Source: Candidatus Gastranaerophilales bacterium
GTDB lineage: Bacteria > Cyanobacteriota > Vampirovibrionia > Gastranaerophilales > Gastranaerophilaceae
Assembly (NCBI GenBank): GCA_947589255.1
Contig: CANQAL010000001.1
Span: forward strand, 6,603 to 70,602
Length of the DNA: 64,000 bases
Direction of reading: 5' to 3'
Positions 29,866-40,009 of this stretch are shown here, one piece after another (the stretch's first letter is position 1; every line of letters starts with the position of its first letter). The notes beneath the pieces were generated by a model. That model was not told the origin of the DNA and searched no databases. It was given only the letters and a program-made list of their open reading frames with translations. The position numbers and the translations under genes were made by a program.

Positions 29866-30570
29866 TTGGGTAGGAAAATGGTTAAACATTGGAAGATTTT
29901 ATCCGTAATTTTATTTCTGGTTGTTTCTTTTATAAGCGGAATTTCAATAAATACAATAGTTTATTCCAAAGAAAATGATTATAAAAGTGAAGAATTCATA
30001 AATGTCACGGTTTACGAGAAAATAAATCCCGCAATAGTATTGGTGGAAGCTCAATTAGTTGATGGCTTATCAAGCGGAACGGGATGTATTATTAATAAGA
30101 GCGGAGTTATATTAACCAGTTCGCATGTTGTTGATAGTGCTTCATATATAGAAGTTACGACGTCATCAGGTGAAGTATATAAGGCAGAGGTTATAGACGG
30201 GACTAAACATAATGCAGATTTGGCATTATTAAAGATTAATCCTACAAAACCTCTGCCGACGATTAAACTTGGTGATTCTTCCATAGTCAAAGTGGGGCAG
30301 AAAGTGCTTGCTATAGGTAATCCTTTCGGTTTTAACGGAACACTTACAACAGGAATTGTTTCAAGAATTGATTATGAAAGAAATAAAATTCAAACGGATG
30401 CCGCAATAAACCCCGGGTCATCAGGCGGGCCTATTTTAAATGCTAACGGGGAAGTTATCGGGATAAGCCAATCCATATTTAATCCCGATAATAATAAATC
30501 AAACATCGGCATAGGTTTTGCAGTTCCCGCAAATGAAGTTAAAAAACTTGTTAACGGTTATATTAATTAG
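29866..30570 (+). CDS. secreted trypsin-like serine protease (S1C, HtrA-like, no PDZ domain)
   Basis: Catalytic triad contexts TSSHVV, NADLALLKI and NPGSSGGPIL, plus a signal/TM segment. The start may be the ATG at 29878. Confidence 0.85.
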   Translation: MGRKMVKHWKILSVILFLVVSFISGISINTIVYSKENDYKSEEFINVTVYEKINPAIVLVEAQLVDGLSSGTGCIINKSGVILTSSHVVDSASYIEVTTSSGEVYKAEVIDGTKHNADLALLKINPTKPLPTIKLGDSSIVKVGQKVLAIGNPFGFNGTLTTGIVSRIDYERNKIQTDAAINPGSSGGPILNANGEVIGISQSIFNPDNNKSNIGIGFAVPANEVKKLVNGYIN

Positions 30571-30658
30571 CGGCAGAGCGAGGACTGTTTGACGACCGTC
30601 AGGTCGGAGTTCCGCAGCTTATGCCGAGCTTAGAAGTTATCTGTACTTCGCAATGGAC
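30570..30658 (+). other. GC-rich non-coding patch related to the dispersed element
   Basis: Begins GCGGCAGAGCGAGGAC (compare GGTGGCAGAGTGCGACAC). Contains hairpin CGACC-GTCA-GGTCG (30593-30606), whose stem matches CGAC-GAGGA-GTCG at 18103-18115. No start-to-stop ORF. Confidence 0.4.
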
Positions 30659-30700
30659 TTTAATTTTTATTTTTTATTTATATTTGTGTATAAACTCAAT

Positions 30701-30735
30701 AAAAAAATACACCTCTTATTGAGGTGTATTTTTCG
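30701..30735. terminator. bidirectional rho-independent terminator
   Basis: 11-bp stem AAATACACCTC / GAGGTGTATTT with loop TTATT, flanked by an A-run on one side and a T-run on the other. It includes the stop of the small minus-strand gene. Confidence 0.65.
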
Positions 30736-30895
30736 TTTGTTTCTCTTTTATATCCAGCACTGCATTGTGTGCTATTAAATATACCGAGCAAGTTTTGTAG
30801 TTTTTCATATACCATGCGCAGTTTTCTTGTGCGCAAACAATGCTTATTTCATTTCCTGCACTCATTAACGGGCAGATAGGAATTTTATTACTCAA
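30716..30895 (-). CDS. small Cys-containing hypothetical protein (59 aa)
   Basis: GGAGG RBS 5 nt before the TTG at 30895, giving (M)SNKIPICPLMSAGNEISIVCAQENCAWYMKNYKTCSVYL... with 4 Cys. Followed by a terminator. Confidence 0.4.
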   Translation of the reverse strand: MSNKIPICPLMSAGNEISIVCAQENCAWYMKNYKTCSVYLIAHNAVLDIKEKQTKNTPQ

Positions 30896-30928
30896 GATAA
30901 CCTCCTTTATCTTAGTTTTTCCAAACAA

Positions 30929-30958
30929 AATTGGTGGAAGAGTGCGACACCGGATTAC
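30929..30958 (+). repeat. GC-rich 30-nt dispersed element, copy 2 (AATTGGTGGAAGAGTGCGACACCGGATTAC)
   Basis: 24/30 identical to 41366-41395. The core GGTGG.AGAGTGCGACAC..GATTA is conserved. It overlaps the stop codon (30955-30957) of the reductase gene. Confidence 0.75.
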
Positions 30959-31794
30959 ATTTGTGCCGCTTTAAGAAGATTGCAATTTTCGCTTCTTCTT
31001 CTTTCTTCATCTTTATAGATTTTTGTTCTGTTAATAACTTCATCAAAGTCAATTTTATGTGCATCAAAATCAGGACCGTCTATGCAGGCAAATTTAACTT
31101 CTCCGCCTACGGTAACTCTGCAAGCTCCGCACATGCCCGTTCCGTCAATCATAATCGGGTTCATTGATGCTTCTGTTTTAATGCCTTTATCTTTAGTTAA
31201 GTTTGCAACAGCTCTCATCATTGGCATAGGACCTACAGCTATAACGTAGTCTACTTTTTCTTTTTCCATAATTTCAGCTAATACTTCGGTTACAAACCCT
31301 TTATGACCTAAAGAGCCGTCATCGGTTGCAACGTGTAGCTCTGTGCATGCTGTTTTCATTTTATCCTGCCAGAATAATAAATCTTTATTTCTTGCACCCG
31401 TTATCATATGAACTTTATTTCCCGCATCGTGGAATGCTTTTGAAATCAAATAGCAGGGAGCTGCTCCGTATCCGCCTGCAACACAAACAACCGTGCCGTA
31501 TTTTTCAATTTCCGTCGGTCTGCCTAAAGGTCCTACCACATCTACGATTTCATCGCCAATTTCAAGCATTGCAAGTTTTTTTGTGGTATATCCTACAGCC
31601 ATAAATACAACTGTAAGTATTCCTTGTTCTCTATCAACGTCTGCTATTGTAATTGGTACTCTTTCGCCGTTATCTTCAACTCTGAATATAATGAATTGTC
31701 CTGCTTTTGCGTTCCTTGTAACATAAGGTGCTTCTATTTGCATTTCATACTGATTTGGACATAATTCAATTTTGTTTAATATTTTATAGCCCAC
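30955..31794 (-). CDS. FAD/NAD(P)-binding ferredoxin-reductase-type subunit with 2Fe-2S site (PyrK / sulfide dehydrogenase-like)
   Basis: Ferredoxin-reductase fold motifs (GQFIIFRV, CVAGGYGAAP) and C-terminal cluster motif DGTGMCGACRV. Start placed at the GTG at 31794 behind AAGGAG rather than the track start at 31881. Confidence 0.75.
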   Translation of the reverse strand: MGYKILNKIELCPNQYEMQIEAPYVTRNAKAGQFIIFRVEDNGERVPITIADVDREQGILTVVFMAVGYTTKKLAMLEIGDEIVDVVGPLGRPTEIEKYGTVVCVAGGYGAAPCYLISKAFHDAGNKVHMITGARNKDLLFWQDKMKTACTELHVATDDGSLGHKGFVTEVLAEIMEKEKVDYVIAVGPMPMMRAVANLTKDKGIKTEASMNPIMIDGTGMCGACRVTVGGEVKFACIDGPDFDAHKIDFDEVINRTKIYKDEERRRSENCNLLKAAQM

Positions 31795-31903
31795 TGTTTT
31801 TCTCTCCTTTTTATGTATTTGAAAAATATTATAGCATAAAAAAAACCGCAAATTACATGCGGTTTTAAGTGAAAATAACAAACAATATTATATTGAAGTA
31901 AGT

Positions 31904-32266
31904 TTAGTATGTTGCATTAATGTACGCGAGTGCAATATTATCTGCAGTTCTTTGTTCAATATCCGGGAACTCTTCTTTTGCTATAGCTGAAGCAGTTTCG
32001 AAGTCAGCTTCAAATCCTTTCATAAATTCTGTTATTCTTGCTTCTTGTTCTGCCGTTACATATTTTGATACATTATATGTCCTTGTTGATTTTGGAATGA
32101 CATCAACATTTTGCATAGAAAGGAAACTTAATACTTCTTCCTGCCCAAGTTGTTTTTGATCTTTTTTTCCTTCTTTTTTTTGTTCCGGTTTTTCTTGTAT
32201 TACTTGTCTTTCTTCAGGTCTGTTATACCCCGTAATTCCAAATCTGATTGGGTTAATGTTTGGCAT
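31904..32266 (-). CDS. hypothetical protein
   Basis: GGAGG RBS before the ATG at 32266 (MPNINPIRFG...). Charged linker and helical C-terminus. No family motif. Confidence 0.35.
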   Translation of the reverse strand: MPNINPIRFGITGYNRPEERQVIQEKPEQKKEGKKDQKQLGQEEVLSFLSMQNVDVIPKSTRTYNVSKYVTAEQEARITEFMKGFEADFETASAIAKEEFPDIEQRTADNIALAYINATY

Positions 32267-32365
32267 CTTTGTTCCTCCATATTGTTTGTTACACATGTAC
32301 TATCGACATTTTTTTAATGAACTTTAGCAATAAAGTCATTATTTTTTTAAAAGTGTAACATTTGT

Positions 32366-34735
32366 TTACATTATGGATTTAATAAAATTCTTCATTTTTG
32401 GGGAATAGTATAAAAATTCATACTTATTTTTTCTGAGTATCAATTTAACTGCATTATGATAATCTGTTCTTAAAATCGGCTTGTTATGGTTTTTTATTAC
32501 TTTTACTGTATCAGGATGAGGATGATTATATACATTTGGTCCCGTTGAAAATATAAATATATCGGCATTTTCTGCCATTTCATCATTAACGGTATTTTTA
32601 CCGCCATGATGTCCTGACTTTATAATGTTTGATTTTTTATAATCATCAGGGAGCGAGTTATATGTATTTATATTACCGTCACCCATAAATAAAACTTTAT
32701 TGTTATTTGAGGTAAGTTTTACTATAAGCGATTTTTCATTTTCGCTTTTTATATCCTTTGATTGCGGTTTTATTATTGAGAGGTTAAAATCTTTTGTTTT
32801 ATATATTTCAATTTCTTCTTTTACAATTATGCTGTTTAAATTGTTTAATTTTATATATTTTATAACTTCGCTTGCCAGATTGGTATTCTCATAAGTATCG
32901 GTTATATAGATATTGTTTATATTTAATCCTTGTAATAAATCAATGGTTCCGCCTGCGTGGTCGGAGTCAAAGTGGCTCAATATTAAAGAATTTATATTTT
33001 TAATCCCTTTATCTTTTAAGTATTTTATAATTATATATTTTGCCTGAGAGTTTGCGCTCAGATAAGGCATTTTACCCGTATCAAGAATAAAATATTTATT
33101 ATCGGGAGATTTTATTAAACAGGCATCTGCGTTTCCTACGGAGAAAAATATTATTTCCGTATCACTGCCAGGTGCGGGAATAAAGCTTAAAGAAAATAAT
33201 AAAATTAATGCGCCTAAAATTGCGTAATATTTTTTCTTAAATAATTTTTGGTTAATTATGCAGGTTAAAAATATAATAATTGCAAAATATAGTAAAATCT
33301 GAATAAGTAAAGGCTTTTTTACCGTTACTACGGAATTTGGAAGTGTTGAGAAAAAGTCTGCCACCTTAACTATATAAATTAACAGCGGATTTAAAATTAA
33401 ATCAGCAAAATAGCATATTTTTTGTGCGATCGGATTGATAAATGCAAGCATTGAACTGATAAATCCTAAAAATGAAACAACACTTAATACGGGAACAATA
33501 ATAATATTTGCAAAAATTGAATACATATTAAAAGTATTAAAATAATACATTTGTAACGGCGCAATATAAATCTGGGCAATAACGGGAACTATACATACAC
33601 TTAAAATATAGTTTAAAGGTTTAAATTTAAAGTTAAAACTAAATACCTTTGCCGATAATATCAGCGCAAATGTTGCTATAAATGACAGTTGAAATCCTAT
33701 TTCAAAAATTCCCAGCGGATTATATAAAAGCATAATTAAAGCTACCAGAAACAATAAAGCCATTGTCGAGGTGTTTCTGTCTATCAGTTTACCGATTAAC
33801 ACAAGAAAAAGCATTAAAAAGGCTCTTATAATAGGATATCCGAAACCTGTCATGCAGGTATAAAATAATATCAGTAATATTCCTGAAATTATTGAAAATC
33901 TGTAATTTATTTTTAAGTTTCTCGTAAGGAAAAACCACATACCTATAATTATTGTTAAATTCATGCCTGAGGCAGATAAAATATGAAAAATTCCCGAGTT
34001 TATAAAATTCTCTTTTGTATTATTATCTGGATTAACTGCATCATCACCGAAGATTATACCGCCTAAAACTTCTATCATGGGAGATTTAATGCTGCGCTTA
34101 TGAAGGGCAAGAATAGAATTTCTTTTATTATTTAATTTCCTTAAAATTTTGCCTTTTGTATCCTCTGCGGAATTTAAAATTTTCCAGTTATCATTTACAT
34201 ATAAAAGCGAAAACGTATTTTTAAACTGAAGATATTTTGCATAGTCGAATTGAGAAGGATTTTTAGCGGGCATGGGCTCTTTTAATTTTCCGTTAAGAAA
34301 TAAAGTGTCGCCTATTTGAATTTTGTTTATTTTATCCTGATTATCTTTAATGGTTACGAGAGTTTTTGCGTTAATATCATTTTTATTTATGTCATCAAAA
34401 GAAACGGAGTTGACTTGAGCAAAAAAGCTTGTGGAGTCTTTTAAATTATTAGAGGGGATAGTCAGAACTTTCGCGGTTATATTTACCGTATTATCGGTAA
34501 AAGAGGTTAAATCATCATCATAATTGAGTTTGAATGCTGTATTTATAAGTCCCGTTATAAATATCAAAAGCAGGGCAAGTATATATTTATAAGTAAATAA
34601 ATTCTTCTTAAATCCTATTATTACGGCAAAAATCAGGAATAATAATCCTGCAGCCAGCATAGGAGTATAGAAAAATCCCAATATCCCTAAAATGTAACAG
34701 CAGGAAAACAAAATTATTTTTGCCTGTTTATTCAT
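32366..34735 (-). CDS. comEC: DNA internalisation competence protein ComEC/Rec2
   Basis: Polytopic competence domain plus a C-terminal metallo-beta-lactamase module (LILSHFDSDHAGG ... GHHG). Confidence 0.85.
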   Translation of the reverse strand: MNKQAKIILFSCCYILGILGFFYTPMLAAGLLFLIFAVIIGFKKNLFTYKYILALLLIFITGLINTAFKLNYDDDLTSFTDNTVNITAKVLTIPSNNLKDSTSFFAQVNSVSFDDINKNDINAKTLVTIKDNQDKINKIQIGDTLFLNGKLKEPMPAKNPSQFDYAKYLQFKNTFSLLYVNDNWKILNSAEDTKGKILRKLNNKRNSILALHKRSIKSPMIEVLGGIIFGDDAVNPDNNTKENFINSGIFHILSASGMNLTIIIGMWFFLTRNLKINYRFSIISGILLILFYTCMTGFGYPIIRAFLMLFLVLIGKLIDRNTSTMALLFLVALIMLLYNPLGIFEIGFQLSFIATFALILSAKVFSFNFKFKPLNYILSVCIVPVIAQIYIAPLQMYYFNTFNMYSIFANIIIVPVLSVVSFLGFISSMLAFINPIAQKICYFADLILNPLLIYIVKVADFFSTLPNSVVTVKKPLLIQILLYFAIIIFLTCIINQKLFKKKYYAILGALILLFSLSFIPAPGSDTEIIFFSVGNADACLIKSPDNKYFILDTGKMPYLSANSQAKYIIIKYLKDKGIKNINSLILSHFDSDHAGGTIDLLQGLNINNIYITDTYENTNLASEVIKYIKLNNLNSIIVKEEIEIYKTKDFNLSIIKPQSKDIKSENEKSLIVKLTSNNNKVLFMGDGNINTYNSLPDDYKKSNIIKSGHHGGKNTVNDEMAENADIFIFSTGPNVYNHPHPDTVKVIKNHNKPILRTDYHNAVKLILRKNKYEFLYYSPKMKNFIKSIM

Positions 34736-34757
34736 ATGATAGATATCCTTACAAATT

Positions 34758-34784
34758 AAAACTCTTACATTATGTAAGAGTTTT
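34758..34784 (-). terminator. rho-independent terminator between the 149-aa gene and comEC
   Basis: 11-bp stem AAAACTCTTAC / GTAAGAGTTTT with a 5-nt loop and a T-rich tail on the minus strand. Confidence 0.5.
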
Positions 34785-34790
34785 AATTAA

Positions 34791-35240
34791 TTATATCATT
34801 GTTTTTCTTATATGGTTTTTAGATTTTTCAATATCTTTAATTCGTCTTTCAACTGTTTTAATCTGGTCTGCAAGAACTTTTCTTTGTTCTTTTATCAATT
34901 GGTATTGAGTATCAATTTCCTGATATTTAGCCTGATAATCAAGTAATTCGTTTCTTATATTAACTTGTGCACTGTCAAGTTCAAAAAGTGCATTGTTAAA
35001 ACTTCCCGATTGGCTTGAAATGGCATCTTGAGCCAGTGTTGAATTTTCTTTTATTTTGTTTTCAAGACTTACATTAGAGGGCATTTGATCAGTTGATGTT
35101 GATTTTGATGTACTTACTTTTGAAATCGGAATTTGCGTTACGGTCGGATATTCGGTCGGGTCATAAACCATGCCGTCAGCCAGTGCTGTTCCTGCCGTAA
35201 ATATTATTGCCATTGTAAGTATTAATAAATTTTTTTTCAT
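34791..35240 (-). CDS. secreted coiled-coil protein
   Basis: Signal peptide MKKNLLILTMAIIFTAGTALA, S/T-rich linker, heptad-like C-terminal half. Confidence 0.4.
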   Translation of the reverse strand: MKKNLLILTMAIIFTAGTALADGMVYDPTEYPTVTQIPISKVSTSKSTSTDQMPSNVSLENKIKENSTLAQDAISSQSGSFNNALFELDSAQVNIRNELLDYQAKYQEIDTQYQLIKEQRKVLADQIKTVERRIKDIEKSKNHIRKTMI

Positions 35241-35344
35241 ATCCTTACTCCCTTATTCTCTTTTTATTATTAAAACATTTTTTTTGCCCTTAAAACATCA
35301 TATATATAATTGATAATTTTATATGAGGGCTTTAAAATTAAATC

Positions 35345-38300
35345 ATGAACGATTTTTTTAAAAAGATTAATTTTAAATATTCGGATAAAGTAGAAGCTTT
35401 AATCAATAAAAAAGTATCTTTTGCGCTTTCAGGTGTCACAAATTGTTCTAAATTGGTGTTTTTAGCGCAGTTATTGTTAAAAAATAAGAAGAAATTTATC
35501 TTTATCACGGAAACAGAACAAAATGCGCTTAAATATCAAAATGATTTAAAACATCTTTTTGATGTTAATTCCGTTATTTTTCCTTATCAAGACGGCTCTA
35601 TATATGATAATAATTCTAAAAACTTATATAAATATGCAAAGCAAATTCAAATTTTATCAAATGCGCAGGAATATAGCGCAATAATTATTCCGAGAAAAGC
35701 GCTTGTAGAAAAATTTCCCGATAAAGATTTTTTTGAAAAAAATAATATTATACTTAAAGTAAATGATGATATTGATATTGATGAATTAGCTAAAAACCTT
35801 GTTAAAATGGGATATAAAAGAAAAACCCTTGTTGCGGATATAGGTGAATTCAGTATAAGAGGGGATATTATTGATATATTTCCGTTAAATGATAACCCCT
35901 ACAGGCTTGAACTTTGGGGCGATACAATCAGCGACATAAGAGTATTTAATAATTCAACTCAAAAGAGTATAAATAAAACCGATATAGCTGTAATTCAGCC
36001 TATTTATAAGTTTATATTAAACGATAAATCATATAAAAAATTGGAAAAGTTAGTAGATTTAGAAAATGAAGCACAGGCGGAAATACTGGAGAACCTTAAA
36101 AATCAGCATTATTTTGAAGGCATTGAATACTATGAACCTTATTTTAACAGTGATTTAGCAATAGCTTTAAGGCTTTTATCCAAAGATTTTATACTTATTT
36201 TTGATGATTATACCAATTTTAAATCAGGCTACGAGAACTTATGCGATAATCTGGAAAAACAGTACGAAGAAAATATAAAAACAAATTTGACTCTGCCTTT
36301 ATCCGAAAAAAACCATTTAAGTTTAAAAGATTTTTTAACTACTGCAAGTAATTATGAAAAAATATATTTTGATAATTTTATTTCGGAAGATTTTGATATA
36401 AATATTGAATTTACAACGGAATTAATCCCGTATTTTGCATCAGGGCTTGATGATATAGCAAAATTTATATCCGAAAAATTAAAACAGCATTACAAAATAA
36501 TAACAGCAACAGACTATAAAAACAGAATAGAAGAAATTTTACAGACTTATGAAATTCCCTACAGCTATGATATTAATGAAGAAAATGCGGTTTGTATAAC
36601 CGATAACATAGCACTGGCGGGAAGTATTATTGAAGATTATAAGCTGATAATAATAACAGATAAGGAGTTTTTTAATAAACGGTCAAAAGAAATAACCGGA
36701 ACAAGATATAACTATAAACGGGAAAACCTTGATTTTATTGAAACTTTAAATGATATTCAAGAGGGTGATTATATCGTGCATATGATTCACGGTATAGGAA
36801 TATTTAAAGGGCTTACAAAACAAACAATAGATGGAGAAGAAAAAGACTATTTAACACTTGAATACGCAAGAGGCGATAAACTTCACATTCCGGCTGAACA
36901 GATAAATATGCTCTGCAGGTACAGAGGCTCCGGAAATGTCTTGCCTCCCTTATCCAAAATGGGCGGAAGCGATTGGAATAATACGAAAACAAAAGTAAAA
37001 AAAGCCGTAGAAGATGTTGCTCAGGACTTAATAAACTTATATGCTTTAAGAAAACTTTCTCAAGGTTTTGCCTTTGAACCCGATACAATCTGGCAGTACG
37101 AAATGGAGGATTCTTTCGGTTATACCGAAACCCCCGACCAGATGAAGGCAATAGCTGAAACTAAAGAAGATATGGAATCCGATAAACCTATGGACAGGTT
37201 AATATGCGGAGATGTCGGATTTGGTAAAACGGAAGTTGCAATCCGTGCAATATTTAAAGCGGTCATGTCCTCTAAACAGGCAGCTATTGTTGTTCCTACA
37301 ACTATTTTAGCCATGCAGCATTATCAGACAATATCCGAAAGATTTAAACCTTTCCCCGTAAAAGTAGAGTTTTTATCAAGGTTTAAAAGTAATAAAGAGC
37401 AGAAAGAAGTATTAAGGAAGCTTCTTTTAGGCGAGGTGGATGTTGTAATAGGCACTCATAGGCTTTTGCAGGATGATGTCCAATTTAAAGATTTAGGACT
37501 TCTTGTAATTGATGAGGAGCATAAATTCGGTGTCGCACATAAGGAAAAACTAAAACGGCTTAAGAAAAATATTGATATATTAACGATGTCAGCAACACCG
37601 ATACCAAGAACACTATATATGTCGCTATCAGGCATAAAAGATATGAGTATAATAAATACCGCACCGACAAACAGACTTCCTATAAAAACCTTTGTATGCG
37701 AGTTTAAAGAATCAATTATAAAAAATGCCATAAATTATGAACTTGAACGGGAAGGGCAGGTATTTTACCTTTATAACAGGGTAGAGAGCATTTATGAGTT
37801 TGCGCAAGGCTTAAAGAACTTAATGCCCAATATACGGCTTGCGGTTGCGCATGGGCAAATGGATAAAAATCAGCTTGAAACAATTATGACGGATTTCTTA
37901 AACAGGGAATATGATGTACTTTTATGTACGACAATTATTGAATCGGGGCTTGATATTCCTAACGCAAATACAATTATAATCCATGATGCGGATAAATTCG
38001 GGCTTGCCCAATTATACCAAATACGAGGCAGAGTAGGAAGAACTGACCGTCAGGCATTTTGCTACTGCACATATAAGAATTCAAAAGGTTTAACCTCGGA
38101 TGCGATTAAAAGACTTCAATATATTAAGGAATTTACAACTCTCGGGAGCGGATATCAAATAGCAATGCGTGATATAGAAATCCGAGGGGTCGGCAATGTA
38201 CTTGGCACAAAACAGCATGGTCAAATGGTTAATGTCGGATTTGACACGTACTGCCAGCTTTTAGAAGATGCAATAAATGAAATCCAAAACGGAAAAACGG

Positions 38301-38803
38301 AGGAAATAAAACCTGCAATAGTTGATATTAATGTCACAGCTTATATTCCCGATGAATGGGTAGGCTCAAAAGAGCAAAAAATGATTGAATATAAAAGATT
38401 AGCTGATGTAAAATCAATTGCAGAGCTTGATGCAATACAATCGGAGTGGAAAGACAGATTTTCCAAAATGTCGGAGCCTGTTGAAAATCTTATAAAATTA
38501 GTTCAATTAAGACTTTTAGCCTCGCAGGCGGGAATTTCTTTAATCCGCCAAATCGATACGGATATAAGAATTTATACAAATCTTTCCAAAGGCGAATGGA
38601 ACATACTATCATCAAAAATTGAAAGAAATATTACGAAATATATTAAATATACAATGGCTCCAAGTTCTTGTACAGAGGGCAACAGCATATTAATTTTAAA
38701 TTCGGCTTATATAAATTTTGAAGAATTGTTTAACATTCTGTCTAATTTATTTTATCATATATTAAAGATAGAATCGGATTATAATTCTAATTATAAAGGT
38801 TAG
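35345..38803 (+). CDS. mfd: transcription-repair coupling factor
   Basis: 1152 aa. CarD/RNAP-interacting region (GDYIVHMIHGIGIFKG), helicase motifs GDVGFGKTEVA and DEEHKFG, TRG motif region, C-terminal TRCF domain. Confidence 0.95.
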   Translation: MNDFFKKINFKYSDKVEALINKKVSFALSGVTNCSKLVFLAQLLLKNKKKFIFITETEQNALKYQNDLKHLFDVNSVIFPYQDGSIYDNNSKNLYKYAKQIQILSNAQEYSAIIIPRKALVEKFPDKDFFEKNNIILKVNDDIDIDELAKNLVKMGYKRKTLVADIGEFSIRGDIIDIFPLNDNPYRLELWGDTISDIRVFNNSTQKSINKTDIAVIQPIYKFILNDKSYKKLEKLVDLENEAQAEILENLKNQHYFEGIEYYEPYFNSDLAIALRLLSKDFILIFDDYTNFKSGYENLCDNLEKQYEENIKTNLTLPLSEKNHLSLKDFLTTASNYEKIYFDNFISEDFDINIEFTTELIPYFASGLDDIAKFISEKLKQHYKIITATDYKNRIEEILQTYEIPYSYDINEENAVCITDNIALAGSIIEDYKLIIITDKEFFNKRSKEITGTRYNYKRENLDFIETLNDIQEGDYIVHMIHGIGIFKGLTKQTIDGEEKDYLTLEYARGDKLHIPAEQINMLCRYRGSGNVLPPLSKMGGSDWNNTKTKVKKAVEDVAQDLINLYALRKLSQGFAFEPDTIWQYEMEDSFGYTETPDQMKAIAETKEDMESDKPMDRLICGDVGFGKTEVAIRAIFKAVMSSKQAAIVVPTTILAMQHYQTISERFKPFPVKVEFLSRFKSNKEQKEVLRKLLLGEVDVVIGTHRLLQDDVQFKDLGLLVIDEEHKFGVAHKEKLKRLKKNIDILTMSATPIPRTLYMSLSGIKDMSIINTAPTNRLPIKTFVCEFKESIIKNAINYELEREGQVFYLYNRVESIYEFAQGLKNLMPNIRLAVAHGQMDKNQLETIMTDFLNREYDVLLCTTIIESGLDIPNANTIIIHDADKFGLAQLYQIRGRVGRTDRQAFCYCTYKNSKGLTSDAIKRLQYIKEFTTLGSGYQIAMRDIEIRGVGNVLGTKQHGQMVNVGFDTYCQLLEDAINEIQNGKTEEIKPAIVDINVTAYIPDEWVGSKEQKMIEYKRLADVKSIAELDAIQSEWKDRFSKMSEPVENLIKLVQLRLLASQAGISLIRQIDTDIRIYTNLSKGEWNILSSKIERNITKYIKYTMAPSSCTEGNSILILNSAYINFEELFNILSNLFYHILKIESDYNSNYKG

Positions 38804-38821
38804 TAATTTAAGGAGAAATAA

Positions 38822-39964
38822 ATGAATAAATTAAAAGTAATTTTAACAGTTCTATTGGCAATATTTGTTTTTACGGGCTGCTCTCTCAAAAAAAATGATG
38901 AGGCAATAGTAAAAGTAAATGATACGGTTATAACAAAAAACGATTTTGAAAAAGCATACGATTCCGTTACATCAAATAATATGTTTTCTCAAATGGGAAT
39001 AGATTTAAAAAATGACAAGGAAAATGTATTTTCATTAATGATGCAGGAAAAAGTAATATCAGAATTAATAGTCAATGCGCTTGTAAATGAAGAAATGGAA
39101 AAATTAAAAATTACCGTTTCAAAAGATGAACTTGATCAGGGTGAAAAAGAAATTTTAGCTAAATTCGGTTCAAAAGAACAATTTATAGAAATTTTAAAAT
39201 CAAACGGAGTAACTTATGAAAAGTTCAGAAAAGATCTGGAAGAAGAAATTAAATTAAAGAAATTTGTCGATGCAATCGGAATAGTCTCAATAGGTGAATC
39301 AGAAGCAAAAAAATACTATATGGATAATATGGATAAATTCAGATATCCTAAAAAAGTAAGAGCTTCTCATATACTTATAATGGCAAATCCCGAACAAATA
39401 AAAGCAAAATTAAAAGAAGAAAATAAAGATATTTCAGATGAAGAATTAACTAAAAAAACAGAAGAAGAAATGAACACTTTAAGACAGCAAGCAGAAGCTT
39501 TACAGGCAAAAGTAAAAAAAGCACCTTCAACCTTTGCTAAAATTGCAAAAGAAAATTCTCAAGATGTAATGACGGCAACAAGAGGCGGTGATTTGGGATT
39601 CTTTGCTAAAGATGAAATGGTCGAAGCCTTCTCTAATAAAGCATTTAATATGAAACCTAATACCATAAGCGAAGTAATTCAAACTCCTTACGGTTTTCAT
39701 ATTATTATGGTTACAGACAGAAAAGAAGCAGGAACATACACTTTTGCAGAAAGCAAAGCTGATATAATTAATTACCTTGAAAGTCAGGATAAAGTTGATA
39801 TTCTTAAAAACAAAATAGAATCTTTAAGAAAAGATGCTAAGATTGAATATCTGGATGAAAATTATAATCCGGATAAACTTCAGGAAAAAATAAAAACAGC
39901 TGCGGCAAATAATCCGCAAGCTCAAGAAGTATTTGGTCAAAATCCTGAAGAGCAAAAGCAATAA
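38822..39964 (+). CDS. parvulin-type peptidyl-prolyl isomerase lipoprotein (PrsA/SurA-like)
   Basis: Lipobox FVFTGCS. Parvulin core (VRASHILI ... GGDLGFF ... TPYGFHIIMV). Confidence 0.82.
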   Translation: MNKLKVILTVLLAIFVFTGCSLKKNDEAIVKVNDTVITKNDFEKAYDSVTSNNMFSQMGIDLKNDKENVFSLMMQEKVISELIVNALVNEEMEKLKITVSKDELDQGEKEILAKFGSKEQFIEILKSNGVTYEKFRKDLEEEIKLKKFVDAIGIVSIGESEAKKYYMDNMDKFRYPKKVRASHILIMANPEQIKAKLKEENKDISDEELTKKTEEEMNTLRQQAEALQAKVKKAPSTFAKIAKENSQDVMTATRGGDLGFFAKDEMVEAFSNKAFNMKPNTISEVIQTPYGFHIIMVTDRKEAGTYTFAESKADIINYLESQDKVDILKNKIESLRKDAKIEYLDENYNPDKLQEKIKTAAANNPQAQEVFGQNPEEQKQ

Positions 39965-39968
39965 TATT

Positions 39969-39996
39969 ATGAGCGGAGCAATAATGCTCCGCTCAT
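39969..39996 (+). terminator. strong hairpin after the PPIase gene
   Basis: 12-bp perfect stem ATGAGCGGAGCA / TGCTCCGCTCAT with loop ATAA. The T-tract is weak (TTTCT). Confidence 0.55.
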
Positions 39997-40009
39997 TTCT
40001 GGAGAATTT

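Noticed and set aside
30570-30658. The GC-rich patch as an SRP (4.5S) RNA, because of GUCAGGUC...GCAGC resembling the conserved domain IV sequence.
   Set aside because: The flanks cannot form the long SRP hairpin (no complement to GACGACC on the 3' side). The expected GNAR tetraloop and GGAAGCAGCC motif are missing.
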